Positions 48,218 through 56,944 of a stretch of 64,000 nt of DNA are shown here, piece after piece. Location: assembly GCA_047601445.1 (NCBI GenBank), contig JASGJH010000001.1:6016001-6080000 (forward strand). Direction: 5' to 3'. This DNA comes from Myxococcales bacterium (GTDB lineage Bacteria > Myxococcota_A > Polyangia > Polyangiales > DASUME01). The position numbers were made by a program, and so were the translations under genes. How positions within the stretch are numbered: the first letter of the stretch is position 1; each line of letters starts with the position of its first letter. The notes under the pieces were generated by a model. It saw nothing but the letters and a program-made list of their open reading frames with translations, made no database searches and had not been told where the DNA came from.

Positions 48218-50085
48218 CGGCCCTGTTCGGTGCCTATAGCCCGGTCGGGATGGCACTCCCGGAGGGGCTCGGTGCGGCCATGGCGCGGGCCCTGCCGCGA
48301 CCCGTCGACGCGGAGGGCTTCATGCAGCAGGGCCCGCTCTTGCTGGGCGCCCGCGCGCGCTGGTGGACGGAGTCCGAGCTCGGGCTCGTGCCGCCGTGGT
48401 GCGATCCCCACAGCGGTGTGACGGGCGTCTTCGATGGGCGCCTCGACCACCACGAGCAACTAGCGCTGGACCTGGGGGTATCCGCCACGCTCTCGGACTC
48501 GGCCTTGATGGTGGCCGCGTACCTGCGTTGGGACGACGGATTCCTGCGGCGATTGCGCGGCGACTTCGCGCTCGCGCTGTGGGATCCGCGCGCGCGCAAG
48601 CTGCTCATCGCGCGCGATGGGTTCGGTGTCAGACCTCTGTACTGGGCCCAGCTGGCCTCGGGGACGCTCTTGTTTGCGTCGCGCGCGAGCGCGCTCTTCG
48701 CCCACCCCGAGCTCACGCAGGAGCTGGACTCCCTGCGTATCGCCCAGTACCTGGCCAGTAGCTTCACGGACCTCGAGCGCACGTTCTTTGCGCGCGTGAA
48801 GCGCTTGCCGCCCGGACATTTGATGGTGCTCCACGAGGGAGAGCGCCAAGCGCAGCCGCACCGCTATTTCGCCTTCGATCGCGAGCGGGTGTTGCCCTCG
48901 CGCGACAATGGCGCCTACGCGGAGCAGTTTCGGGCGCTGTTCTTCGATGCGGTGCGTACGCGCACCCGCACGCGGGAGCCGCTCGCGTGCTTGTTGAGTG
49001 GTGGGCTCGACTCGTCTGGGCTGCTGGGGACCCTGCGTGCGGTCTTGCCAGAGCAGGCCATCCCTTGCTTCTCGGCGCGCTTCGTGGACTTTCCCGAGGT
49101 GGACGAGGGGGGCTGGCTGGCCTTGTTCGACGCCGACGGCACGCGACGCGGCGAGCTGCGCGCGGATCGCATCGGGCCACTCGACTCCATCGACGAGCTG
49201 CATCGTGACCTCGACGAGCCCTTCCACGCGCCCAATCTCTTCGTCTACGAAGCCCTGGCACGCCTGGCCCACGCGCAGGGCGCGCGCGTGTTGCTCGATG
49301 GCCTCGACGGCGACACCGTGGTGGACCACGGCTACTTCGCGCTGCGCGAGCTGCTGTTTCAGGTGCGCCCCCGGCGCCTCGTGGCGGGCATCCGCGCGCT
49401 GCATCACCGGATGGGCTTCGGCTACGCTGAGATTCTCCGGGGCTTCGTGCTCGAGCCGGAGCTGCGAGCGGTGCAGCACGCGCTGTCGCGGGTGGGTTGG
49501 TTGCCGAGCGGCTACCTGACGCGTGAGTTGGCGCGCCAAAGTGGACTTGCCTCGGAGCTGGCCCGGCATGCGGAGGAGCGCCTGAGCGACCGTAGCTTGC
49601 GCGCGCTCCATCATCGCGCGGTGACGGCACCCATGCTGCCCTTCTATCTGGAGGTCTACGACAAGCTAGCCGCCGTGCTCGGTGTGGAGCACCGGCATCC
49701 GTACTTCGATACGGCGCTGGTGGAGTTCTGTCTGGCGTTGCCGCCGGAGCAGCGCCTGTTCGAGGGGTGGGATCGCGTGATTCAGCGGCGCGCCTTCCAG
49801 GGGTTGATCCCGGAGCCGATCCGGGCGCGACAGACCAAGTCCGTGTGGAGCGCCAACTTCGAGCGCCAGTTGTTCTGGGGACGGCCCGAGCGTGTCCGCG
49901 GGCTGCTGGAGAGCCACGAAAGTCCGCTTGCAGCCTACTGCGATCTCAATCGCATGCGGCGTGACTTGCCGCGGCTGGTAGCAGGTCGCGCGCCCGAGCG
50001 CGTGATGGATTTCTGGTGCGCGCTGAGCTTGGGCCTTTGGCTCGAGGGCCGGCACGCAGACGCACCGCAGGCGCCGGAGGCGTGA
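48214..50085 (+). CDS. Lasso peptide cyclase (asparagine synthetase-like isopeptide synthetase)
   Basis: GDFALALWD, RDGFGVRPLY, LSGGLDSS, LDGLDGD, HPYFD; lacks the N-terminal Cys of glutamine-dependent AsnB; flanked by RRE and precursor. Confidence 0.87.
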   Translation: MTALFGAYSPVGMALPEGLGAAMARALPRPVDAEGFMQQGPLLLGARARWWTESELGLVPPWCDPHSGVTGVFDGRLDHHEQLALDLGVSATLSDSALMVAAYLRWDDGFLRRLRGDFALALWDPRARKLLIARDGFGVRPLYWAQLASGTLLFASRASALFAHPELTQELDSLRIAQYLASSFTDLERTFFARVKRLPPGHLMVLHEGERQAQPHRYFAFDRERVLPSRDNGAYAEQFRALFFDAVRTRTRTREPLACLLSGGLDSSGLLGTLRAVLPEQAIPCFSARFVDFPEVDEGGWLALFDADGTRRGELRADRIGPLDSIDELHRDLDEPFHAPNLFVYEALARLAHAQGARVLLDGLDGDTVVDHGYFALRELLFQVRPRRLVAGIRALHHRMGFGYAEILRGFVLEPELRAVQHALSRVGWLPSGYLTRELARQSGLASELARHAEERLSDRSLRALHHRAVTAPMLPFYLEVYDKLAAVLGVEHRHPYFDTALVEFCLALPPEQRLFEGWDRVIQRRAFQGLIPEPIRARQTKSVWSANFERQLFWGRPERVRGLLESHESPLAAYCDLNRMRRDLPRLVAGRAPERVMDFWCALSLGLWLEGRHADAPQAPEA

Positions 50086-50226
50086 CAGAGATGGTCGCCA
50101 CAGTGGGCGAAACGGCGCCTCGGTTAGCCGCAGGAGGCGTTGCGGTGGCGGTCAAAAGCACCGCTAACGCGAGGCACGTGCGTGAGCGGACGTGTTCGGA
50201 CCCACCGAATCACGAGCGCGTGAGCG

Positions 50227-50242
50227 CGGCACGCAGATTGCT
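50227..50242 (+). promoter_or_regulatory. Sigma54 -24/-12 promoter upstream of the lasso precursor
   Basis: CGGCACGCAGATTGCT versus consensus TGGCACGNNNNTTGCW, with exact GG-N10-GC spacing. Confidence 0.7.
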
Positions 50243-50325
50243 CCACTTCCACCCAGGCAAGCGCGCGTCGGGCGCCGCGCCAGACGACCCGTGGATGATG
50301 GATGAACCCTCGGGGGAGGGAAGCA

Positions 50326-50508
50326 ATGGAAAAGGGAACAGGCAAACGAGCGTATGTGAAGCCCCAATTGCGGAACCACGGCAGCGTGGAGCAGGTCACC
50401 GGTTGGTGCGGCTCTTCGTCGGCCGAGTTCTTTGGTGGACCGCAGGGGGCCTCGCACGGGACCAACAAGATCGGCTTTCATCAGAGCGGGCCGGGCATCA
50501 GCCACTGA
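50326..50508 (+). CDS. Lasso peptide precursor (60 aa)
   Basis: MEKGTGKRAYVKPQLRNHGSVEQVTG-WCGSSSAEFFGGPQGASHGTNKIGFHQSGPGISH: YxxPxL, GxxxxxT with Thr at -2, Glu at core position 8; GGAGG RBS. Confidence 0.88.
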   Translation: MEKGTGKRAYVKPQLRNHGSVEQVTGWCGSSSAEFFGGPQGASHGTNKIGFHQSGPGISH

Positions 50509-50580
50509 GCCTGACGCGCGGCAGGGTAGAGCAGGACGAAGGTCGTGGTCGTCTGGGTTCCCTGGTAACCTGGGGAGCAC

Positions 50581-51495
50581 ATGCATCGCTATCGGGTCTA
50601 CGGCCTGACCATCGAAGCGGACTCCGAGTTGACGGAGCTGCTACCGCTCGCGTCGCCCGGCGAAGGTGACGTCTCGGCGGAGCCGCCCGAGATCGACGTG
50701 CGGATCCGCGTCGCGCCGGCGCAGAGCGCGAGCCAGGCGGCGAACGAGCCGGGCAGCTGGGCGCAGCGACTCGGGCCCAACACCATCGTGAGCCAGTTCG
50801 AGAACACCGCGCGCTTCGTGGTGCTGAGCGGACGCGACGTGCTGGTGGAGCCGTGCGCGGGGGCCGATCCCGACCTGGTGCGTCACCTCTTGCTGGGCCC
50901 GGTGTTCGCGCAGGTCCTGTGGCAGCGCTCGAAGTTCGTGCTGCATGGGTGCGTGTTGCGCGTGGGCTCGCGCCAGCTCGGGTTCATCGGCATGTCGGGG
51001 GCCGGCAAGTCCACCCTCGCGATCGCGCTGCACGAGGCCGGGCACACTCTGGTGTGTGACGACGTGGCGGCGCTGGAGTGGAGCGCGAGTCCGGTGCTGG
51101 TGCACCCGGCGTTGCCGCGCATGCGGGCCTTTGCGGACACCCTCGAGCAGCTCGGCGTGCCGAGTGCGGGCCTCGCGCGGGCTCATCGCGACTTGCCCAA
51201 GTGGTTGCTGCCAGCGCAGCGCTTTGCGGACACGGCGCTGCCGCTCGACCGTGTTTACGTTCTGAGCGCGGGCGAGCGCTGCGAGGTCGCGCCGCTGAGC
51301 CGAGCGGAGGCCATGCTCGAGCTACTGCGCAACACCTACTACGCGGAGCAGTACGTCGGCCTGTTCGGGCCGCAAACGCACATGGAGTTGGCGGGTGCCC
51401 TGGCGAACGGGCTTTCGGTGCAGCGCCTCGCGCGTCCACGCGAGTGGGCTCGGCTGCCGGAGCTGGTGCGCTTCATCGAACGCGAGTGCGCCTGA
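50581..51495 (+). CDS. HPr kinase-like protein (lasso peptide kinase type)
   Basis: YRVYGLTI N-terminus, VLHGCVL, GMSGAGKST (P-loop), VCDDVA. Confidence 0.85.
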   Translation: MHRYRVYGLTIEADSELTELLPLASPGEGDVSAEPPEIDVRIRVAPAQSASQAANEPGSWAQRLGPNTIVSQFENTARFVVLSGRDVLVEPCAGADPDLVRHLLLGPVFAQVLWQRSKFVLHGCVLRVGSRQLGFIGMSGAGKSTLAIALHEAGHTLVCDDVAALEWSASPVLVHPALPRMRAFADTLEQLGVPSAGLARAHRDLPKWLLPAQRFADTALPLDRVYVLSAGERCEVAPLSRAEAMLELLRNTYYAEQYVGLFGPQTHMELAGALANGLSVQRLARPREWARLPELVRFIERECA

Positions 51496-51508
51496 CGCTC
51501 GAGCCGAG

Positions 51509-52114
51509 TCAGACCCACTCGGCGCGCAGCTGCAGCCGCGTGCCTGGCGACGGCGACTCGAACTCCCGCACCGTGACCTGACGTCCGCCACAGACCTTGA
51601 TGCCGGCCATGAAGACGCCGCGCACGGCCGAGCGGAAGTAAGCTGTCCGCGCCAACGTCATCTCGCGCAGCTCGATCAACGCGTCCGTGGGGCCGCGCTT
51701 GGTCACGCCGATACCGCCTCCCTGGAACACGCGGTCCCACAGCCGAGGCAGCTGGCCGATGGGGGTCCAGGGCGTCAGTCCGATCGAGCGCGCCCCGCGC
51801 AGCAAGGTCCCCATGAAGGTGCCCTGCACGCGCTCACCGACCTCTTCGCCGAGACCCGCCACTTCGTTCTCGCTCAGCCCCAGCTCGTCGCAAGCCTCGT
51901 AGTGAGCGAGCGCCACGTTCACTGGCAGCCATTCCGGGGCCAACGAGCCCACGATGCGTTCACGGTGCTCGGGACTGAGGTCATTGAGCCTGGCGAGGTA
52001 GCGCTCCTGGTGACCGTGGTTGCGCAGCGCAGTGATGGAAGACTGAATGAGAGTGCTGCGAACGGAACGCAGAGGGGTCACGCTGCGTGGGAGCTCGACG
52101 ACGCAGATCTCCAT
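51509..52114 (-). CDS. Conserved myxobacterial-type hypothetical protein
   Basis: RSTLIQSS, EWLPV, AHYEACDELGL, RLWDRVFQGG; start ATG 52114. The N-terminal extension in the ORF track is a repeat artefact. Confidence 0.7.
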   Translation of the reverse strand: MEICVVELPRSVTPLRSVRSTLIQSSITALRNHGHQERYLARLNDLSPEHRERIVGSLAPEWLPVNVALAHYEACDELGLSENEVAGLGEEVGERVQGTFMGTLLRGARSIGLTPWTPIGQLPRLWDRVFQGGGIGVTKRGPTDALIELREMTLARTAYFRSAVRGVFMAGIKVCGGRQVTVREFESPSPGTRLQLRAEWV

Positions 52115-52157
52115 GAATTTGTGTAGCACGGGAAATTGGAAGAAAGGCCGTGCAAGA

Positions 52158-52247
52158 AGACGGAAGACGAGAACGTGCACGAAGACGAGGGCGCGCAGGC
52201 GCACACGGACGCAAACGTGAACGTTGGCGATGACATGAACGTAAACA
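52158..52247. repeat. Degenerate hexamer tandem repeat (GAACGT/GACGAA-type)
   Basis: gacggaagacgagaacgtgcacgaagacgag...aacgtgaacgtt...gaacgtaaacac. Confidence 0.5.
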
Positions 52248-52295
52248 CTGCCCACGCAAGCATCGCTCTGTCATCGCCTCCGTTCGCGGTTCTTC

Positions 52296-52712
52296 CTAGA
52301 GGGCGCTTAGTGCGAAGCGAATCCACAGCACGCTCAGGACAACGTTGCTGCTGGCGAACGCGGCCAGGCGGTGGATGACGTTGTTGTAGCTCAGGTGAAT
52401 GGTCGAGTGCGTGAAGCGCAGGGCCACGTAGACCCACGCGATGGTCACAGCCGCGGCGTCGACCTTGTTGGTTACGTACATGCTCAAGCACACCACGTAG
52501 AACAGCACGGGCAGCTCCAGCAGGTTCATGTAGTTGCGGTTGGGCAGGCGGGTCTCTGGCGGGACTCGTTCGCTTTCGCCGAGGCGAAAGTCGCCCACGT
52601 TGACCTTGCCGGCGGAAGCGGCGCGGAAGCGAGCGATGGGGATCATCAAGAGGACCGAGAAGGTAAGGGCCACCAGGGCGAACATCGGCAGTAGAATTTG
52701 CGCGGCAGGCAT
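52296..52712 (-). CDS. MAPEG family membrane protein
   Basis: NYMNLLELPVLFY, AWVYVALRFTHS, N..HR. Confidence 0.88.
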   Translation of the reverse strand: MPAAQILLPMFALVALTFSVLLMIPIARFRAASAGKVNVGDFRLGESERVPPETRLPNRNYMNLLELPVLFYVVCLSMYVTNKVDAAAVTIAWVYVALRFTHSTIHLSYNNVIHRLAAFASSNVVLSVLWIRFALSAL

Positions 52713-52860
52713 GGTCCCCCTGTGTACGCGAGTCGCCGGCCTGCTGGCAATGGCTCTCGCGCAACGCTCAAGGACGACTCAGGCCCGAGTGGCCAGGGGT
52801 CTCAGAGCGGTTGCGCGCCAGTTCGGAGGCATCGATCTTGTCTCCTGAGGACGTGCTCAC

Positions 52861-54792
52861 GTGCTAGGAAGTGGGAGCTTGAGTCCAACGCGCTTTCAAG
52901 ATTGCGATTCGTGCATCGAGGCCATCCTCGAAAAGCTCGGGAAGCGCATCGTGCTGGGGACGCCGCTCGGCATCGGGAAGCCCAACGCCCTGCTCAACGC
53001 CCTTTACCAGCGGGCCAAGCGCGACGCTTCCATCGAGCTCTCCATCATCACGGCGCTCTCCTTGAACCCGCCGCGCGGCAAGTCCGAGCTCGAAGAGCGC
53101 TTCTACGCGCCCATCCGGGCCCGCGTGTGGGGTTCCTACCCGCGCCTGGACTACCTCGACGACCTGGAAGCTCAGGCGCTGCCGCCCAACGTTCGGGTGC
53201 ATGAGTTTTACCTACGCGCGGGTGCCGGACTTGGAAACCCCGTTGCCCAACGTGACTACATTTCCAGCAACTACACCCACGTGGCGCGAGACATGATGCT
53301 GCGCGGGGTCAACCTGGTCATGCAGGCGGTGGCCGTGCGACCCGGCGAGCACGGGCCCCGCTACAGCCTCTCCAGTAACCCCGACGTTACGCTCGAGCTG
53401 CTGCCATTGCTGCAGGCCAGTTCACGCAAGTGGTTGGGCGTGGCCCAGGTGAATCGGGGGCTGCCCTGGTTGGGCAATTCGGCCGAGTTCTCGGGCGACC
53501 TCCTGCACATGTTGGTCGACAGTCCGGCCCTCGATCACCCGCCGTTCGCCGTACCGCAGGAGCCGGTAGACACGGCGGCCTGGGCGGTCGGCTTGCACGC
53601 GAGCACGCTGGTTCAAGATGGCGGCACCTTGCAAGTGGGCATCGGCGCGCTCGGCGATGCCGTGTGCCATGCGCTGCGCCTCCGCGAGCGGGAGAACTCC
53701 ACCTATCTCGACGCGCTGTCGGCGCTCGGCGGGCGCCGCGCGCGGCCAGAGCTGGGCGGGGTAGGGCGCTTCGAACTCGGCCTGTACGTCGCGAGCGAGC
53801 TGGTGTCGAACGCGCTGTTTACGCTGTTCGAAGAGGGCCTCGTGCGCCGCCAGGTCTACGAAGACCTGACGCTCCAGGAGCGCGCCCTCCACAGCCCGCA
53901 CGAGCTGCCCGCAGGTGGCACCGCGGTGCAGGGGGCGTTCTTCGTGGGTCCGAACGACTTCTATCAGCGCCTGCACGCGCTGCCGGAGGCCTCGCGCGAG
54001 CTCATTGACATGACCAGCGTGGCCGAGGTCAACCGCATCTACACGGATTATCGGCTCGAGCACGCCCAGCGCCAACACGCACGCTTCCTGAACATGACCA
54101 TGATGGTCACGCTGCTGGGCAGCGCCGTGTCGGACCAGCTCGCGGACGGCCAGGTGGTCTCGGGCGTGGGCGGACAGCAGGACTTCGTCTCCATGGCCCA
54201 CCAGCTTCCTGACGGCCGCTCCGCGTTGCTGCTCAAGGCCACCGGACAGCGCAAGGGCGAGCTCCACTCGAACATCGTCTGGCAGTACCCGCACAGCACC
54301 ATCCCACGCCACATGCGCGATCTGTTCGTCACCGAATACGGTGTGGCCGATTTGCGCGGCAAGAGCGACAGCGAGTGCGTCGAGGCCTTGCTCTCCATCA
54401 CCGACAGCCGCTTCCAGGACGAGCTACTCGCGCAGGCTGCGCGCCACGGCAAGCTCTCCCCCGACTACCGCATTCCCGAAGCACAGCGGCACAATCTGCC
54501 CGAGCGCATCACCGAGGCCCTCGCACCCTTCCAGCGCGGCGAGACGCTCCCCCTGTTGCCCTTCGGCAGCGATCTCACGCGCGCCGAGTGGTCCCTCGGT
54601 GGCCGCCTCAAGAAGCTCGACGCCGCCACCAAGACCCAGCGCGGACGCATGGAGCTCGCCAAGGCCCTGTGGTCACCCGGCGTCACCACGCCCGAAATCG
54701 ACGCGGCGCTGCGGCACCTCGGCTTGGGCCGGCCCAGCGGTCCCAAAGAGCACCTGCTCGCACGCCTGGTACGGGCGGCGTTTTCGCTCTGA
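52861..54792 (+). CDS. Acetyl-CoA hydrolase/transferase family protein
   Basis: PLGIGKPN, SNYTH, DGGTLQVGIG, VSGVGGQQDF, VTEYGVADLRG; start uncertain. Confidence 0.88.
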   Translation: MLGSGSLSPTRFQDCDSCIEAILEKLGKRIVLGTPLGIGKPNALLNALYQRAKRDASIELSIITALSLNPPRGKSELEERFYAPIRARVWGSYPRLDYLDDLEAQALPPNVRVHEFYLRAGAGLGNPVAQRDYISSNYTHVARDMMLRGVNLVMQAVAVRPGEHGPRYSLSSNPDVTLELLPLLQASSRKWLGVAQVNRGLPWLGNSAEFSGDLLHMLVDSPALDHPPFAVPQEPVDTAAWAVGLHASTLVQDGGTLQVGIGALGDAVCHALRLRERENSTYLDALSALGGRRARPELGGVGRFELGLYVASELVSNALFTLFEEGLVRRQVYEDLTLQERALHSPHELPAGGTAVQGAFFVGPNDFYQRLHALPEASRELIDMTSVAEVNRIYTDYRLEHAQRQHARFLNMTMMVTLLGSAVSDQLADGQVVSGVGGQQDFVSMAHQLPDGRSALLLKATGQRKGELHSNIVWQYPHSTIPRHMRDLFVTEYGVADLRGKSDSECVEALLSITDSRFQDELLAQAARHGKLSPDYRIPEAQRHNLPERITEALAPFQRGETLPLLPFGSDLTRAEWSLGGRLKKLDAATKTQRGRMELAKALWSPGVTTPEIDAALRHLGLGRPSGPKEHLLARLVRAAFSL

Positions 54793-54831
54793 GTTACGAC
54801 TTCGCTGCGACGATGTGGAGGGTGAGTAAAA

Positions 54832-55335
54832 TCAGTCTGCGATCTCGGGTAGCGCTTCGCCCTCCACGATGCGCATGAAGATGGCGGTCTGGTCGCCGGT
54901 GTACACGAGCTTGCCCGCCTGACTGAAGCGGAAGTCGTAACGGCCCAGCACGCGCTTGGGGCCCTGGCGCAGGCGCGAGGCCTTGCACTCGATGATCACA
55001 GGCTCGTCCGGCACCGCCAGCGCGTGGAAGCGCGCCGCGTGGATGCGGGCACCGAAGCCGATCCAACCCTGAGCGTGGCGCAGATCGCTCACGTAGTAAG
55101 CGTGGGCAAAGCCGACGATGCCCGTGACGTGGACCATCAGGCCGCCGGCCAGGTGACGCGGGTGGAACACCGGGTGCACGCGCTGATCGCGCGTCAGGGG
55201 CAGCTCCGCGTGGCATGGCATGCGCGCCACGATGCGCTTGTCGGCGCGGTCGACTTCCAGGATCTTGTCGATGATCATGCCCGTGGGCGCGTAGGGACAA
55301 TCGGCGACGAAGTCAGGCTCGAGTTCCGTGGACAT
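54832..55335 (-). CDS. FabA/FabZ-like hotdog-fold protein
   Basis: CPY...IIDKILEV, helix followed by ARFHALAVPDEPVII; typical hotdog layout with divergent catalytic residues. Confidence 0.6.
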   Translation of the reverse strand: MSTELEPDFVADCPYAPTGMIIDKILEVDRADKRIVARMPCHAELPLTRDQRVHPVFHPRHLAGGLMVHVTGIVGFAHAYYVSDLRHAQGWIGFGARIHAARFHALAVPDEPVIIECKASRLRQGPKRVLGRYDFRFSQAGKLVYTGDQTAIFMRIVEGEALPEIAD

Positions 55336-55423
55336 CGCGCTAGCTAGTGCACCGCAGGCGCAAGCGCGTCAAGCCAGGCAGGCTCGAGGCAGGTCAAGGC
55401 AGCGTGCAGCGGGGCAGTGCTGC

Positions 55424-56236
55424 TCAGCGACGCTCGAGCTCGGCCACGAGTCCAAAATGATCACTCGGGAACACCTCGCCCGCGCTGTCGAGGGCGTCCG
55501 TGCCGAGCAGGCGGATCTCGCGGGGCACGAAGCAGTCGCTCTTCACGAAGATGCGATCGATGCGCTGATGCCGGTCGTCCTTGATGCGAGCGAGCATGGT
55601 GTTGCGGGTGGTGTCTCGCGTGTAGCCCGGCGAGCTCTCGAGGTCGGCCCACGAGTCGGCGAAGTGCGCCCGAATGCGTGCGTCCTCTTCGGTCTCCGGG
55701 GCCGCGTTGAAGTCGCCCACCCAGATGGCGCTGCGTGCCTGGTTGAGCACGGGCAGGCACTCCTCGATCTGCGTGAGGCGCGCGGGCGTCTGGTCGCGCA
55801 TGCTCTCGAGGTGGACTCCAGCCACGGCCAGGGAGCCCTCGGTGGTGTCGAACTCCAGCGTGTGCATGCGACGCCCCATGATGGAGGTGAGCCCATGTGC
55901 GAGGAAGCGCCCCGGCATGCGGCTCAGCATCACCACGTCGTAACGCTGCGCGGGTTCCACGCGGTCGCGCGAGACGCGATATTGTTCCCGCACCCAGGGC
56001 GTCTTGAGCAGCAGCTCGAGGAACGGTTGGGTGACCTCCTCCAGGGCGATCACATCGGCGTCTTCTTCGGCCAGAATCGAGAGCACCGCCGCGCAGCGGC
56101 GCTTGAGCTCGAAGGGGTCGAACCAGACGTTGTAGGTGGCCACGCGTAGGCGGTCGATGGAGAGGGGACCGTTCGTGTGGTGTTGCGCGGGCAACCAGCG
56201 GTCAGCGCTTTCGGAGAAAGCGAACATTGGGTGCAT
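55424..56236 (-). CDS. Endonuclease/exonuclease/phosphatase (TDP2-like)
   Basis: ATYNVWF, DVIALEEV, VHLES, GDFN, RIDRIF, PSDHFG. Confidence 0.9.
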   Translation of the reverse strand: MHPMFAFSESADRWLPAQHHTNGPLSIDRLRVATYNVWFDPFELKRRCAAVLSILAEEDADVIALEEVTQPFLELLLKTPWVREQYRVSRDRVEPAQRYDVVMLSRMPGRFLAHGLTSIMGRRMHTLEFDTTEGSLAVAGVHLESMRDQTPARLTQIEECLPVLNQARSAIWVGDFNAAPETEEDARIRAHFADSWADLESSPGYTRDTTRNTMLARIKDDRHQRIDRIFVKSDCFVPREIRLLGTDALDSAGEVFPSDHFGLVAELERR

Positions 56237-56350
56237 GATGGATCCGTTCGGGCGCGCTTTCCAAGATCTCTGGCATCTGGGCGCGTTCTCGGCGGTGTCC
56301 GGCGTCGGGCAGGTTTCGAAGCCGCAACTTCTGGCGCCCAGGGACGCCCT

Positions 56351-56797
56351 CTAGTGCTGATGACCAGGCTGGGCGTGATCGTGATCATGGGCCGCCTGCG
56401 TCAGGCGCGCGCTCAGGTACGAGGCCCCGGCGAGCACCAGCGCACCCGCAATGGAGAAGCCGAGCCCCAGGTTGCTGCCCTCGTACACGTGCCCGAATAG
56501 GTACAGTGCGAGCCCCACACCCATGCCCGCGAGCACCCGCAGATCACGGTGGCGCGAGAAGCCCAGGGCACCGCTGGCTGCCACGCTTCCCACCACGGCG
56601 AAGGTCAGTAGCGTGTCGACTCCGCTGCCCGCCGTGACGACGTGGCTCGCGCTGAGGGCAGGCAAGAGGCCTCCGATCAGCGGGAACACCAGGCAGTGCA
56701 CGGCGCAGGCCAGACTCAGCCACGTGGCCGCGCGCTCGAGGCGGCGTGGCTCGAGTTCCTGCTGAGTCGGGGAATGGGCGTGAAGGGGTTCAGACAC
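56351..56797 (-). CDS. MerC-domain membrane protein with His-rich C-tail
   Basis: LSLACAVHCL motif, four TM helices, tail AHDHDHAQPGHQH. Confidence 0.8.
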   Translation of the reverse strand: MSEPLHAHSPTQQELEPRRLERAATWLSLACAVHCLVFPLIGGLLPALSASHVVTAGSGVDTLLTFAVVGSVAASGALGFSRHRDLRVLAGMGVGLALYLFGHVYEGSNLGLGFSIAGALVLAGASYLSARLTQAAHDHDHAQPGHQH

Positions 56798-56830
56798 GGA
56801 AGGCTTAGAATGGGGGTTGGTCGGTGTAGA

Positions 56831-56845
56831 TGCAACCTGGTTACA
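56831..56845. promoter_or_regulatory. Candidate Fur/Zur-family operator 1
   Basis: TGCAA-CCTGG-TTACA just upstream of the MerC-like gene. Confidence 0.5.
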
Positions 56846-56944
56846 AGAAGCGTCGTTTCATCAATATGTGAAGTGTTCCTTCGAAAAACACAGGGCTTTT
56901 CGACCGTGAGCACGGGGAACGCCCGTGCTACGTCAGCCGCACAG

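Noticed and set aside
47614..48459. Long N-terminal extension of RmlB in the ORF track
   Set aside because: It overlaps the RRE and cyclase genes on the opposite strand; RmlB homology starts at ATG 47613.
48214..50085. Ordinary asparagine synthetase AsnB
   Set aside because: It lacks the N-terminal catalytic Cys and sits between an RRE and a lasso-type precursor.
56351..56797. Mercury resistance operon
   Set aside because: No merA, merR, merP or merT; the context points to metal uptake.
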